Below the pieces are notes generated by a model, which searched no databases, was not told the origin of the DNA, and saw only the letters and a program-made list of their open reading frames with translations. Position numbers and translations under genes: made by a program. From assembly GCA_964581565.1 (NCBI GenBank), contig CAZOOZ010000001.1, positions 131,470 to 195,469 of the forward strand: a stretch of 64,000 bases of DNA, read 5' to 3'. Position 1 is the stretch's first letter, and each line of letters starts with the position of its first letter. Positions 1-9,508 of this stretch are shown here, piece after piece. This DNA comes from an uncultured Eubacteriaceae bacterium (GTDB taxonomy: Bacteria > Bacillota > Clostridia > Eubacteriales > UBA1433).

Positions 1-1
1 A

Positions 2-568
2 GGAAAATCAACATTTGCAAGATGTCTTTGCGGACTTGAAAAAAAATGTAGAGGGAAAATGTGTGTTTGTAACAAGGAATATAAAAATAAAGACAGAATC
101 AAGCAGTGTTATATGGTGATGCAGGATGTGAATCATCAGCTTTTTACAGAAAGTGTTTTAGACGAGATTTTACTCAGTATGCAGGAGCAAGATATCTTAA
201 AAGCTGAGGAGATTCTTGATCATCTTGATCTTGCCCATTTAAAAAATGTTCATCCCATGGCTTTATCCGGCGGACAAAAGCAACGCGTTGCCATCGCTTC
301 GGCTGTGGCGAGTCAGAGGGAAATCATTATTTTCGATGAGCCGACAAGCGGGCTTGATCTGCAACATATGCATGAAGTTGCCCGGTGCATCAGGATGTTA
401 AACGAAATGGGAAAAACAATTCTGATTATATCTCATGACCTTGAGTTTATTTTACAAAGTTGCACACATGTGGTGCGCATCAATCAGGGCAGCGTCATGG
501 ATAACTATTCTTTGGATGAGAAGGGCATAAGACAATTAAAAAAATTTTTTACAGATATAGATATTTAA
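2..568 (+). CDS. ABC transporter ATP-binding protein, 5'-truncated at window edge
   Basis: The frame is open from nt 2. Translation starts GKSTFARCL (end of Walker A), followed by the LSGGQKQRVAIA signature, IIIFDEPTSGLD Walker B and the ISHD H-loop. Confidence 0.85.
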   Translation, partial: GKSTFARCLCGLEKKCRGKMCVCNKEYKNKDRIKQCYMVMQDVNHQLFTESVLDEILLSMQEQDILKAEEILDHLDLAHLKNVHPMALSGGQKQRVAIASAVASQREIIIFDEPTSGLDLQHMHEVARCIRMLNEMGKTILIISHDLEFILQSCTHVVRINQGSVMDNYSLDEKGIRQLKKFFTDIDI

Positions 569-576
569 AGAAGTAT

Positions 577-1875
577 TTATATTTGTATAGTGATGGGGAT
601 TTTTATAACGACTTTTACGCCTAAAGGCATGCTGTTTTCAACTTCGATGGTACCGTTATGACTTTCTATTATTTTTTTACAGATCGAAAGGCCGAGGCCC
701 GATATCCGTCTTCCTTGATCGGATGTGTAAAACGGTTCAAAAATATGCGGCAGATCACCCTCGTCAATTCCCCGGCCGTTATCTATAAACGTAAATACAG
801 CTGTCTTTGTATCACATCTGGCATAAAAATCTATTTTTAACTGCTGTATTTTTGCATGTCGGGTACTATTGGCAATAATATTAGCAAATACGCGGCGCAG
901 TTTTAAAAGATCAATTTGCACAGCAATTTTTTCATCACAGCAATTTTTAATCGTAAAATAAATATTTTTTTCGCGCAGCAGGGCAGTATATTCATCATCC
1001 AGCATTTTAGCGATGTAACTGATTTTGTATGTTTTAATCTGATCAGAATCAGGCAATGTACAGCTAAGATATTCATCAAATTCTTCCACAATAGCGCCGA
1101 TATCCGTGGCTTGATTATAAATTGTTGTTAAGTAGCGATTTTTTTGTTTTTCTTCAAAATCTTTTTTAAGTATTCTCTCGGTGTATCCCAAAACAGAAGT
1201 GAGTGGGGTTTTGATATCATGTGAAATGGAGGCAATGATACGGTTTTGCATTTGTTTTTCTTCGCAAAGAGAAGCAGAAAGCTCAGAAAATTTGTTTTGA
1301 AGATATCCTATTTCATCGTGCCGTGCAGGCATGGGAGTGAGAAGACCCGAAGTATAGCGGGCCATATTTTCTCCAAGGCTAATAAGCGGTTTGACATAGC
1401 GAAAATGCAGTAAGATTCCAACCGAGACGAATAGAATAAATAGCACAATGCATTCAAAATATATAAGCTCACTGATGATACCTCTGGAACGTAAGCTGAG
1501 TAGATCTATATTTTTTTGCATTATAAATATATAGGGCTCATTGGAAAGTGAAATGATCTTCGTTTGTGTGAAACCGGGCATATAAACAGTACTTGCGTTG
1601 ATGAGAGTCTTCTTACCGGTTTCTACGGCTTCAAGCGTGAAGATTAAATCGTTTTTGTTTTCCAACGAAGAAAGATAAGAAAGCGCTTCATTGTAAGTGG
1701 TGCCGTCTATGGCTTCCGACAAGTCATCTATTGCACTGCCTATTGCCTGCTCTGCGAAGCTAAAGCTGTTTTCAACACTTTGAACCATATATAATTTGTA
1801 AAATATTAAAAGAGCGATTAAGTTTATGATAAACACGGCCAGCGTTATAAAAGGGATTTTATATTTCAAACTCAT
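577..1875 (-). CDS. Sensor histidine kinase (two TM segments, extracytoplasmic loop ~110 aa)
   Basis: H-box SISHDIKTPLTSVLGY, N-box NIIANSTRHA, G-boxes DNGRGI and GLGLSICKKI. I moved the start to the ATG at 1875 (MSLKYKIPFITLAV), which forms an ATGA overlap with the upstream response-regulator stop. Confidence 0.85.
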   Translation of the reverse strand: MSLKYKIPFITLAVFIINLIALLIFYKLYMVQSVENSFSFAEQAIGSAIDDLSEAIDGTTYNEALSYLSSLENKNDLIFTLEAVETGKKTLINASTVYMPGFTQTKIISLSNEPYIFIMQKNIDLLSLRSRGIISELIYFECIVLFILFVSVGILLHFRYVKPLISLGENMARYTSGLLTPMPARHDEIGYLQNKFSELSASLCEEKQMQNRIIASISHDIKTPLTSVLGYTERILKKDFEEKQKNRYLTTIYNQATDIGAIVEEFDEYLSCTLPDSDQIKTYKISYIAKMLDDEYTALLREKNIYFTIKNCCDEKIAVQIDLLKLRRVFANIIANSTRHAKIQQLKIDFYARCDTKTAVFTFIDNGRGIDEGDLPHIFEPFYTSDQGRRISGLGLSICKKIIESHNGTIEVENSMPLGVKVVIKIPITIQI

Positions 1876-2567
1876 GATATCACCTCGGGGCGTACGAGCT
1901 TGTAGCCGACACCCCAAACGGTTTTGATGATATGATTATGTGGATCGATTTTATTCCGGAGATTCTTGATCGTTACTGTCACGCTCCCGATATCACTGTA
2001 ATCCATCCCCCACACGGCATCAAAAATCTGTTCTCTGGTCAAGACTTTGCCGATATGATCACACATGTAAATCAGAAGCTGAAACTCTCTTGTTGTCAGA
2101 TTGATATTTTCATCTTGAAACCTTACTTCAAAGCGATCACGAAAAATTGTGAGTTTCCCAATGGTTATAACATTACCATCGGCAGCTAAAATCCTTTTAT
2201 CCCTGCGAATATGCGCTTTTACTTTGGCTACGAGTTCCTCGACAATAAACGGTTTTGTGATATAATCGTCTGCACCGATTTCCAATCCTAAAATCGTATC
2301 GATCGTGCGTTTTTTGGCGGTGAGGAAAAGGATGGGGCATTTAATTTTTTCTCTTATCTGTTTGCAGGCTTCAAGGCCGTTCATTTTAGGCATCATGATA
2401 TCGAGAATGATTACATCAAAGTCAGGGCAAGATTTTATGGCGGGCAAAACATCGCATCCGTCATGAACGATTACTGTTTCGATATTTTCATCATGCAGGC
2501 TGTCTGCGATTAAATAAGCGATGTTGACATCATCGTCAGCAATGAGTACTTTTGACATTGTTATCAT
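1872..2567 (-). CDS. OmpR/PhoB-family response regulator
   Basis: Receiver domain (VLIADDD ... ILDIMMPKMNG ... LTAK) plus a winged-helix C-terminus (LTTREFQLLIYMCDHIGKVLTREQI ... VWGVGYKL). An alternative ATG at 2558 is possible. Confidence 0.9.
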   Translation of the reverse strand: MITMSKVLIADDDVNIAYLIADSLHDENIETVIVHDGCDVLPAIKSCPDFDVIILDIMMPKMNGLEACKQIREKIKCPILFLTAKKRTIDTILGLEIGADDYITKPFIVEELVAKVKAHIRRDKRILAADGNVITIGKLTIFRDRFEVRFQDENINLTTREFQLLIYMCDHIGKVLTREQIFDAVWGMDYSDIGSVTVTIKNLRNKIDPHNHIIKTVWGVGYKLVRPEVIS

Positions 2568-2686
2568 TCAATCCTTAAAATAATATATGTTTCTATTTTC
2601 TGTATAATTGTTTCAGCAAATCATCCTATAATTTATTTTATCATTTTTTATTTGCATAAGTATAGAATTCTTTGCTGACTAAAAGC

Positions 2687-5659
2687 TTATTCAACGCTTT
2701 TGAGAGCTTCTGCAATTACAATTTTTTTAATTTTGGGTTGGATAATCATATTCGTCACAATAGAGACAACAAATGTCACTGCCGTTGAAAGTATTATGAC
2801 AAGGGCGCTTATTTCGTTTGGCAGAGCCAAGTTGCTGCGTGAAATCACATCTGTTAAATAGCGGTATAGCGTTATACCCAGTGGCAATCCGGCAAGACAT
2901 CCCAGGGTTGTTAAGATCATATTCTCCACAAACATCAAGCGGAATACTTCTTTCTTAAAATATCCCAACACCATTAGGGTAGCATATTCTCTCGTACGTT
3001 CAAATATATTAATAGATGTGATGTTATAGATGACGGTTACAGCCAGTACGGACGCAAAAAGAATCATAGTATAAATAGTTACATTCAGAGTTTTAAGCAT
3101 GTCTTGACTGCGTGTTAAGATATCTTGTTTTGTATTCACGCTTTTGATTTGCTCATTGGTTGACAGTGCAGAGATAGCTGCAGGAGTATCGTTGATGTCT
3201 TTTAGTTTTATCATCACTGTATTCATATCCGCATCAATGCCGGATGATTTTATCAGATCATAAGATATATACAGTTTTTCGGTTACGTACTGAATAGAAA
3301 TATCCGTAACCGTAAAGCTGTAGGCAGCATCATCTATTGTCAGTGTAACGAGGCTTCCGGGTGACAGGTTATATTGTTTTGCCAGACTGCTTGGCAGAAT
3401 AAAACTGTCTTGCTGTATATCTATTTTATTTTCTGCCGAATCAAAAAGATCGATAAGCTTGCTATCTGGCTCAATGATTTGCATATTGACATTTACATCT
3501 TCATCGAGCCTTAATGTTGTATTTAAAGAATGCGTTGATTCCAACTCTTCAAATGGAAAATTGAAATTCAACGAATCTATATCCTCAATAGGATCACTAT
3601 AGGTAACTGATAGATCATAATCTATACTTTCAATTGCCGTATTAATGGCATCGGACGCAGAATATTTCAGGGAAAATCCTGTGAATATGAGCATAAAGCT
3701 GCCAATGATACCAATAGAGCTAAGGAGCATGCGTCCTTTATTTAAAAAGATATTTCTCAAAATCAGTTTATTTGAGTAACTCAGTTTTTTCCAAAAAGAT
3801 TTAAATTTTTCTGCTAAAATAGTTTTCGAGCTTTTTGGCGGACGGGGACGCATAGCTTGTGCCGGAATTTCCTTTAAGACTTTTTCTACTGCAAGCAGTG
3901 TTGCAATACTGCAAAAGAAAATGGCCAGCAGTAACGGAAACAAAATATATTTCGGGTAAATCGGAATGATTATGCTCGGCAGCTCAAATCTGCTGATAAA
4001 TGGCCGGATCAAAAATTTTGGGATAAAAATGTTGCCAAGCAGTGCAAAAAGTATGGAGCCAAGCAGACAAGCTGTCAATGAATAAGATAAAAAGCTCAGC
4101 CTAATTTTCCATTTTGAAATCCCGATTGCCTGCATGACGGCAATTTGTGTACGCTGATTTTCAATGCTTTTAGACATGGAAATAAATGCGATTATGGCAG
4201 CCACCAAAAAGAAGATCAAAGGGAAAATACAAGAAATCGTTTTAATCGGATCAAGCGAGCCGCTGACCATGGCGTAGCTTGCCTGATCTTCACGGTCTAT
4301 AAAGGCAATATAATGATCATTCGATTTTGCAAGATCTTCTGCAGTAGACAGATCATCTGTCTTTATGAGCACTTCCTGATAATTTTTTAACGCCTGTGCT
4401 AATTCGGCCTTTGCATCCGCTCTGCTTGTTTGATACTCAGCTTCCGCGTTGGAGATTTTTTCGCGGCTTTTTTCAAGCTTTGATGCAGCTTCATTAAGAT
4501 TGGCGTAGGTTTGTTTTTTTGTGCTGTTTAATTCCGATAAGGATGCATTATATTGACTGTAACCGTGGTCGATTTGCGCCTGACTTGCTTCAAATTGATT
4601 TTGCGCCTCTTCTATTTGAGCATTTAATGCAGACTGCTGATCATCTAAATTTTTGAAACCCTCATTTAATTGACTATATTGCATGTCAACAGCAGCATCC
4701 TGAATTTGCTGTTCTTCGGCGGATAAGCCGGGGCGTATGGACAGGTACTGTTCATAGCTTAAATCTAGCTGTGTTTTTGTGGCATTGAGTTGTTCTGCTG
4801 CAAGATCGATTTGGCTTTGGACAGCATTGGTTGTCTGTGAAAATTCATTTTGCTCGTTGTTCAATTCGTCTTGAGCGGCATCAAGATCTTTTTTCGTTGC
4901 GGCAAGCTTTGCCGTAGCATCCGAAAACGATTGATCCGCTTCGGATTTTTTCTGAATATAGCTAGTGGTCGCATCTTCAAGTTTTGCCTTGGAATCAACA
5001 ATTTGCTGCCGGGCATCATCCAATTTATCGTTGATCTCTTTTTCAAGATCGAGATATATAGCTGTTGTTTTATTTAATGCTATAAGCGTATCTTTCTTTG
5101 CATAAGCAATGCCAAATGCCTTATCCGATATTACTGCTGCGGCGGAATCTTTTTGTTTGTATGCATATTCAGGATTCATGCAAAGTCCGCAGATTCTCAG
5201 ATTTATCGATTGAATTGCGATTTCATCACCAACTGATAGATTATTCGCATCTGCATATTTGTAATCAATAATTACTTCGTTTTCATCTTTGGGAAAAACC
5301 CCGTCTGTCAGCAGCGGCAGATTGATATCCGTCAGGCTGTGGATGCGAAGTGTGCTCTCACTGCCGGCGAGGACAACGTCGGCATTATAGGTATATCGTC
5401 CCTCGGCAGACGTGATGCCGGTTTCGTTTTTCAAATCCTGTACTTTTTCTTCACTAATACCGCTATAGTAGCTCCAGGCATCGGCGAGATTTTGGTCTTC
5501 GTAGTATTGAGAAGTGAACTCGTTCATACCTGTTGTAGAGGCAAACATACCCGCAAGGAGCATGGAGCCTGCGGCAATAACAAGAGCAATGGAGATAAAC
5601 TGACCAAGATTGGATTTGATGTCTCTCAGCATTCGCAAATACAGTTTTTTCATTACCAT
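2687..5659 (-). CDS. ABC transporter permease, duplicated FtsX/MacB-type with long extracytoplasmic coiled-coil insert (990 aa)
   Basis: N-terminal TM, then a MacB-like periplasmic core (VIIDYKYADANNLSVGDEIAI), then a Q/A/E/L-rich heptad region of ~250 aa. Two FtsX-like 3-TM bundles follow, separated by a second extracytoplasmic domain. The gene is translationally coupled to the upstream ATPase. Confidence 0.8.
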   Translation of the reverse strand: MVMKKLYLRMLRDIKSNLGQFISIALVIAAGSMLLAGMFASTTGMNEFTSQYYEDQNLADAWSYYSGISEEKVQDLKNETGITSAEGRYTYNADVVLAGSESTLRIHSLTDINLPLLTDGVFPKDENEVIIDYKYADANNLSVGDEIAIQSINLRICGLCMNPEYAYKQKDSAAAVISDKAFGIAYAKKDTLIALNKTTAIYLDLEKEINDKLDDARQQIVDSKAKLEDATTSYIQKKSEADQSFSDATAKLAATKKDLDAAQDELNNEQNEFSQTTNAVQSQIDLAAEQLNATKTQLDLSYEQYLSIRPGLSAEEQQIQDAAVDMQYSQLNEGFKNLDDQQSALNAQIEEAQNQFEASQAQIDHGYSQYNASLSELNSTKKQTYANLNEAASKLEKSREKISNAEAEYQTSRADAKAELAQALKNYQEVLIKTDDLSTAEDLAKSNDHYIAFIDREDQASYAMVSGSLDPIKTISCIFPLIFFLVAAIIAFISMSKSIENQRTQIAVMQAIGISKWKIRLSFLSYSLTACLLGSILFALLGNIFIPKFLIRPFISRFELPSIIIPIYPKYILFPLLLAIFFCSIATLLAVEKVLKEIPAQAMRPRPPKSSKTILAEKFKSFWKKLSYSNKLILRNIFLNKGRMLLSSIGIIGSFMLIFTGFSLKYSASDAINTAIESIDYDLSVTYSDPIEDIDSLNFNFPFEELESTHSLNTTLRLDEDVNVNMQIIEPDSKLIDLFDSAENKIDIQQDSFILPSSLAKQYNLSPGSLVTLTIDDAAYSFTVTDISIQYVTEKLYISYDLIKSSGIDADMNTVMIKLKDINDTPAAISALSTNEQIKSVNTKQDILTRSQDMLKTLNVTIYTMILFASVLAVTVIYNITSINIFERTREYATLMVLGYFKKEVFRLMFVENMILTTLGCLAGLPLGITLYRYLTDVISRSNLALPNEISALVIILSTAVTFVVSIVTNMIIQPKIKKIVIAEALKSVE

Positions 5660-6357
5660 TCAAGCTCCTCAATATCGGATTTTTTTTGATTCATAATAAT
5701 ATCCTCAATTTGTCCGCTTTTAAGGCGAATGATTTTATCGGCTATCGGGGATATCAATGAATTATGCGTGATGAGAACCACGGTTTTTTCATAGGTGCGA
5801 TTGATTTGTGTCAGAAGTGCAAGAATTTTTTTGCCTGTCTGGTAATCCAGTGCACCGGTGGGTTCATCGCATAAAAGCAGCAGTGGGTTTTTGGCAACGG
5901 CACGAGCTATTGCGACACGCTGCTGTTCTCCGCCGGATAATTGGGTAGGGAAATTATTGGATCGGTCGCTTAAGCCGACACGTGATAGAACCTCGGCAGG
6001 GTCAAGATGATCTTTGCAAACTTCGGCAGCAAATTCGACATTTTCATAAGCGGTTAAATTCGAGATGAGATTGTAGAACTGAAATACAAAACCTATTTTA
6101 TCTCTGCGGTAGCGTGTCAGCGCATGATCATTGTAGAGAGCAATATTTTCGCCGCCTACTAAGATCTGTCCGCTACTTGCGCTGTCCATACCGCCTAAAA
6201 TATTTAAAACGGTTGTTTTGCCGGCGCCGGAAGCACCCAGTATAATCACGAATTCTCCTTTATTGATTGAAAAGTTGACATCTTTTAATGCGTCAATTGT
6301 GATCTCGCCGATTCTGTACTGCTTGGATACATTTCGCATTTCGATTAACGGATTCAT
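5653..6357 (-). CDS. ABC transporter ATP-binding protein (MacB/LolD-like)
   Basis: Walker [10 protein letters not shown], signature [14 protein letters not shown], Walker [21 protein letters not shown] precedes the ATG. Confidence 0.9.
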   Translation of the reverse strand: MNPLIEMRNVSKQYRIGEITIDALKDVNFSINKGEFVIILGASGAGKTTVLNILGGMDSASSGQILVGGENIALYNDHALTRYRRDKIGFVFQFYNLISNLTAYENVEFAAEVCKDHLDPAEVLSRVGLSDRSNNFPTQLSGGEQQRVAIARAVAKNPLLLLCDEPTGALDYQTGKKILALLTQINRTYEKTVVLITHNSLISPIADKIIRLKSGQIEDIIMNQKKSDIEELEW

Positions 6358-6400
6358 ACTATACTCCTTGGATGGAATACATATAGTATGCTAAAGAAAA

Positions 6401-6447
6401 ATTAAGAGACAAGAGGGAAAAAATTAAGAAAAATTAAGAGATTAAGA
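6401..6447 (-). promoter_or_regulatory. Four direct ATTAAGA (TCTTAAT on the coding strand) repeats upstream of the ABC operon; candidate response-regulator box
   Basis: The heptamer starts at 6401, 6423, 6433 and 6441 (spacings 22, 10 and 8 nt). These lie 44-90 nt upstream of the ATPase start and overlap a possible -35 (TTGTCT) with a TACTAT -10. Confidence 0.35.
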
Positions 6448-6670
6448 AAAATCAAAATTAAAATTTCAAGAAATAAACGACAAAATATTACAAAAATATG
6501 CATATAGATTTAATAAATATAATATAAAATAACAATGTATAAATTTCTTAAGAATTAATTTTAAATAAAAATTTTTAATTATGATATAATAATAAATATT
6601 AATTTGTTGTTTTGCAAATAATTGTTCCTTATCATATATTGATAATGTCATTATCAGGAGTGATATGTAA

Positions 6671-7180
6671 ATGGATTTATTAGGAAAATATTATTTTTAT
6701 AATCATGCAAATGAAATTGTTGCTACCACACATTACCAGGAACTGCATAGATATATACAACACGGTGAGACAACGGTGTTGGAGCACAGCATTTCGGTTG
6801 CGTATTACAGCTATAAATTGGGAAAATCTTTAAAGTTAAAATGTGATTACCGCAGCCTTATTAGAGGTGCGCTGTTGCATGATTTTTTCTTATACGATTG
6901 GCATAAAAAAGATAAGACGCGCAAACCCCATGGCGTATACCACCCTGAGGTAGCGCTTGAAAATGCATTGAAGCATTTTGAACTCAACCATAAAGAGCGC
7001 GATATCATCGCGAACCATATGTGGCCGCTTAGTCCGAAACCTCCCCACTATGTTGAATCATATCTGGTGTGGACAATAGACAAATATTGCACGATTATAG
7101 AAACCACGTCTAAATTCTTTAAATATAAACAAAAAATGCCGAAAACACTGTTCTACAATACGATTAATTTTGATAAATAA
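6671..7180 (+). CDS. HD-domain phosphohydrolase
   Basis: An H...HD motif (GALLHDFFLYDWH) and a small all-helical 169-aa protein. Confidence 0.7.
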   Translation: MDLLGKYYFYNHANEIVATTHYQELHRYIQHGETTVLEHSISVAYYSYKLGKSLKLKCDYRSLIRGALLHDFFLYDWHKKDKTRKPHGVYHPEVALENALKHFELNHKERDIIANHMWPLSPKPPHYVESYLVWTIDKYCTIIETTSKFFKYKQKMPKTLFYNTINFDK

Positions 7181-7838
7181 GGCTGTCAGGCCCGGGGATA
7201 TTCACTATTTTCGTAATATCGTCTATTTTTTGCTGACTGATTTTCTTTGGTATACTTAAGTCCTCCCAGAAATGCATAGGGATTGCAATTTTGGGGGAAA
7301 TTTTTTGGATAAAATATTTTATCGAATAGTCATAAGCATCTTCAAGTCTCGGATCAACGGGGATAAAAGCCATATCTACTTTATATTTACTTAAATTTTC
7401 AATATGCCGTTTATATTCTTTTTCCATATTTATCTGATTTTGCAGTGTATCTTCATTCCAGTGCCACCAATTTAGATCGCCTGAATGGAAGATTTTATAT
7501 TTTTCGGTCACGATATAAAATGAAACGCCCATATCCGTGGAGCCGAATGTGTAGAGAATGAAGTCCTTAAAAGTGTACTCTTCGTATTCCTTTACTAAAA
7601 CAATGTTTTTTGAAGAATCATAATTTTTTATGTCATCACTTAAGATATAGGTTGTATTTTTATTATCTGCATACGCAAAAATATCCTTGGTGTAGTGGTC
7701 GCCGTGGCTGTGAGAGGCAAGAAAATAAACCGGCTTCGTGTTTAGAGAAATTTTAGGAGGCGTGATTGCATCAATAAGCAGGATAAAAGTATCAAATTCA
7801 AGCATAAAACCACTTTGGAACAAATATGTTATTTTCAT
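7164..7838 (-). CDS. MBL-fold metallo-hydrolase
   Basis: HxHxDH motif (ASHSHGDHY) and later conserved H/D residues (FHSGD, PMHF). Confidence 0.75.
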   Translation of the reverse strand: MKITYLFQSGFMLEFDTFILLIDAITPPKISLNTKPVYFLASHSHGDHYTKDIFAYADNKNTTYILSDDIKNYDSSKNIVLVKEYEEYTFKDFILYTFGSTDMGVSFYIVTEKYKIFHSGDLNWWHWNEDTLQNQINMEKEYKRHIENLSKYKVDMAFIPVDPRLEDAYDYSIKYFIQKISPKIAIPMHFWEDLSIPKKISQQKIDDITKIVNIPGPDSLIYQN

Positions 7839-7971
7839 TTTATTTTCTCCTTATACTTTAATAAGATTAATTTAACACAAAAAATATATAAAATAAATAT
7901 TTATGCTATTGATTTCTTATTTAAAACTTAATACAATAATTTAAGTTGTATAAAATAAAAGGAGAGAACAA

Positions 7972-8784
7972 ATGAAAATGCGTAAAACATTAATTTTACT
8001 CACAGTGGTCTTATTTATATTTGTAAGCTTTGCAGCCTGCGGTCAGAGCAGCTCGGCGACAGATGAATCATTAAAATATATCACAGATAAGGGCGAATTG
8101 ATATTAGGCCTTGACGATGCTTTCCCGCCGATGGGTTTTAGGGATGACAATGATGAAATCGTCGGATTTGATATTGATGTTGCAAGAGCAGTCTGTGAAA
8201 AATTGGGCGTAGAGCTTGTGCTTCAGCCGATAGATTGGAATGCAAAAGAACAAGAACTGAATACCAAAAATATTGACTGCATATGGAACGGATTTTCGGT
8301 AAACGAAGAACGTATGGAAAATATGACGCTTTCCGAACCATACATGGATAACAATATGGCTCTTGTTGTACGCGCCGATTCGGGCATTGCCACGCTTGCG
8401 GATATGGCCGGAAAAAGTCTAGCCCTTCAAGCAGGATCAAGCGCACTCGATGCATTAGATGAAAATGCGGAATTCAAAGACAGTCTGGACGAAGTTGTAG
8501 AGCTAAAAGATAATCTGCAGGCTCTAATGAATCTTGATACCAAATCTGTCGATGCCGTTTTAATGGATGATGTGTCGGCAAGATATTATATTGCAACAAA
8601 TGATAAGGATTTTGTAATTGTTGACGAATATCTGTCAACGGAAGAATATGCGGTCGGTTTCAGAAAAGGCGACGAAGCGTTGAAAGATGCTGTTGATAAT
8701 GCACTGCAAGAATTTGCTGCCGATGGAACACTTGCGGAAATTTCTACGCAATGGTTTGGTGAAGATATCACAAAAATAAAATAA
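7972..8784 (+). CDS. Amino-acid ABC transporter substrate-binding lipoprotein
   Basis: Signal peptide with lipobox (SFAACGQ). SBP family-3 pattern (LGLDDAFPPMGF ... GFDIDVARAV ... IDCIWNGFS). Confidence 0.85.
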   Translation: MKMRKTLILLTVVLFIFVSFAACGQSSSATDESLKYITDKGELILGLDDAFPPMGFRDDNDEIVGFDIDVARAVCEKLGVELVLQPIDWNAKEQELNTKNIDCIWNGFSVNEERMENMTLSEPYMDNNMALVVRADSGIATLADMAGKSLALQAGSSALDALDENAEFKDSLDEVVELKDNLQALMNLDTKSVDAVLMDDVSARYYIATNDKDFVIVDEYLSTEEYAVGFRKGDEALKDAVDNALQEFAADGTLAEISTQWFGEDITKIK

Positions 8785-8855
8785 AAGCAATGCTTTTATA
8801 AGAACTACGGGGCTGTAGAAAATACAGCCTCTTTTAAGTCGAGGATGGATAGACT

Positions 8856-9497
8856 ATGGATTTTAATCAATTGTTGGGGCCGATGCTTGAGGGCACTTTT
8901 GTTCTGCTTAAGATATTTTTTTTAACACTGCTTTTTGCGCTGCCCTTGGGTCTGCTCGTTGCGTTTGGGAGAATGAGCAAAAGAAAATATATCAGCCGGC
9001 CTGTTCGAGCCTATCAGCTCATCATGCGCGGAACACCGTTGATACTGCAGTTGATGTTTGTGTTTTTTGCACCTTATTACATATTCGGCAGGACATATGA
9101 TCGTTTTACCGCAGCGATCATCGCTTTTGTTATCAACTATGCAGCGTATTTTGCAGAAATCTATCGCGCCGGGATAGAAAGTATTCCCCAAGGACAATAT
9201 GAAGCGGCCAAAGTGCTCGGGTACTCAAAAGCAAAGACGTTTATCAGAATCATTATTCCTCAGGTTGTAAAACGTATTTTGCCGCCGATGGGCAATGAAA
9301 CGATGACACTTGTAAAAGATACGGCATTGGCTTACACAATCGGGGTCGCCGAGCTTTTTCGTGCAGCGACCAACGCATCAAGCAGAGCGTTTTCCACGAT
9401 GCCTTTGATTGTTGCCGGCCTGATATATTTTATTTTGAACTTCGTTGTAGAGAAATTATTTATTCAAGCTGAGAAAAAGCTGGATTATTACAAATAG
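8856..9497 (+). CDS. Amino-acid ABC transporter permease (His/Glu/Gln/Arg family)
   Basis: Multi-TM protein with the EAA-like loop (YEAAKVLGYSKAKTFIRIIIPQ). Located in the operon between the SBP and ATPase genes. Confidence 0.85.
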   Translation: MDFNQLLGPMLEGTFVLLKIFFLTLLFALPLGLLVAFGRMSKRKYISRPVRAYQLIMRGTPLILQLMFVFFAPYYIFGRTYDRFTAAIIAFVINYAAYFAEIYRAGIESIPQGQYEAAKVLGYSKAKTFIRIIIPQVVKRILPPMGNETMTLVKDTALAYTIGVAELFRAATNASSRAFSTMPLIVAGLIYFILNFVVEKLFIQAEKKLDYYK

Positions 9498-9508
9498 CGG
9501 AGGAGAAA

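Noticed and set aside
1876-1917. N-terminal extensions in the ORF track (also 15887-16012, 29872-29961, 41245-41283, 44842-44847, 51419-51430, 53242-53283, 54141-54218, 60047-60076, 62479-62511 and 63516-63539)
   Set aside because: Internal starts have better RBS spacing, ATGA/TTGA coupling with the upstream stop, or family-typical N-termini. The extensions encode implausible leader sequences.
6466-6651. 61-aa ORF in the AT-rich spacer between the ABC operon and the HD-domain gene
   Set aside because: It is I/L/Y/K/N-only sequence from near-pure AT DNA with no RBS. The spacer is better explained as divergent promoter DNA.
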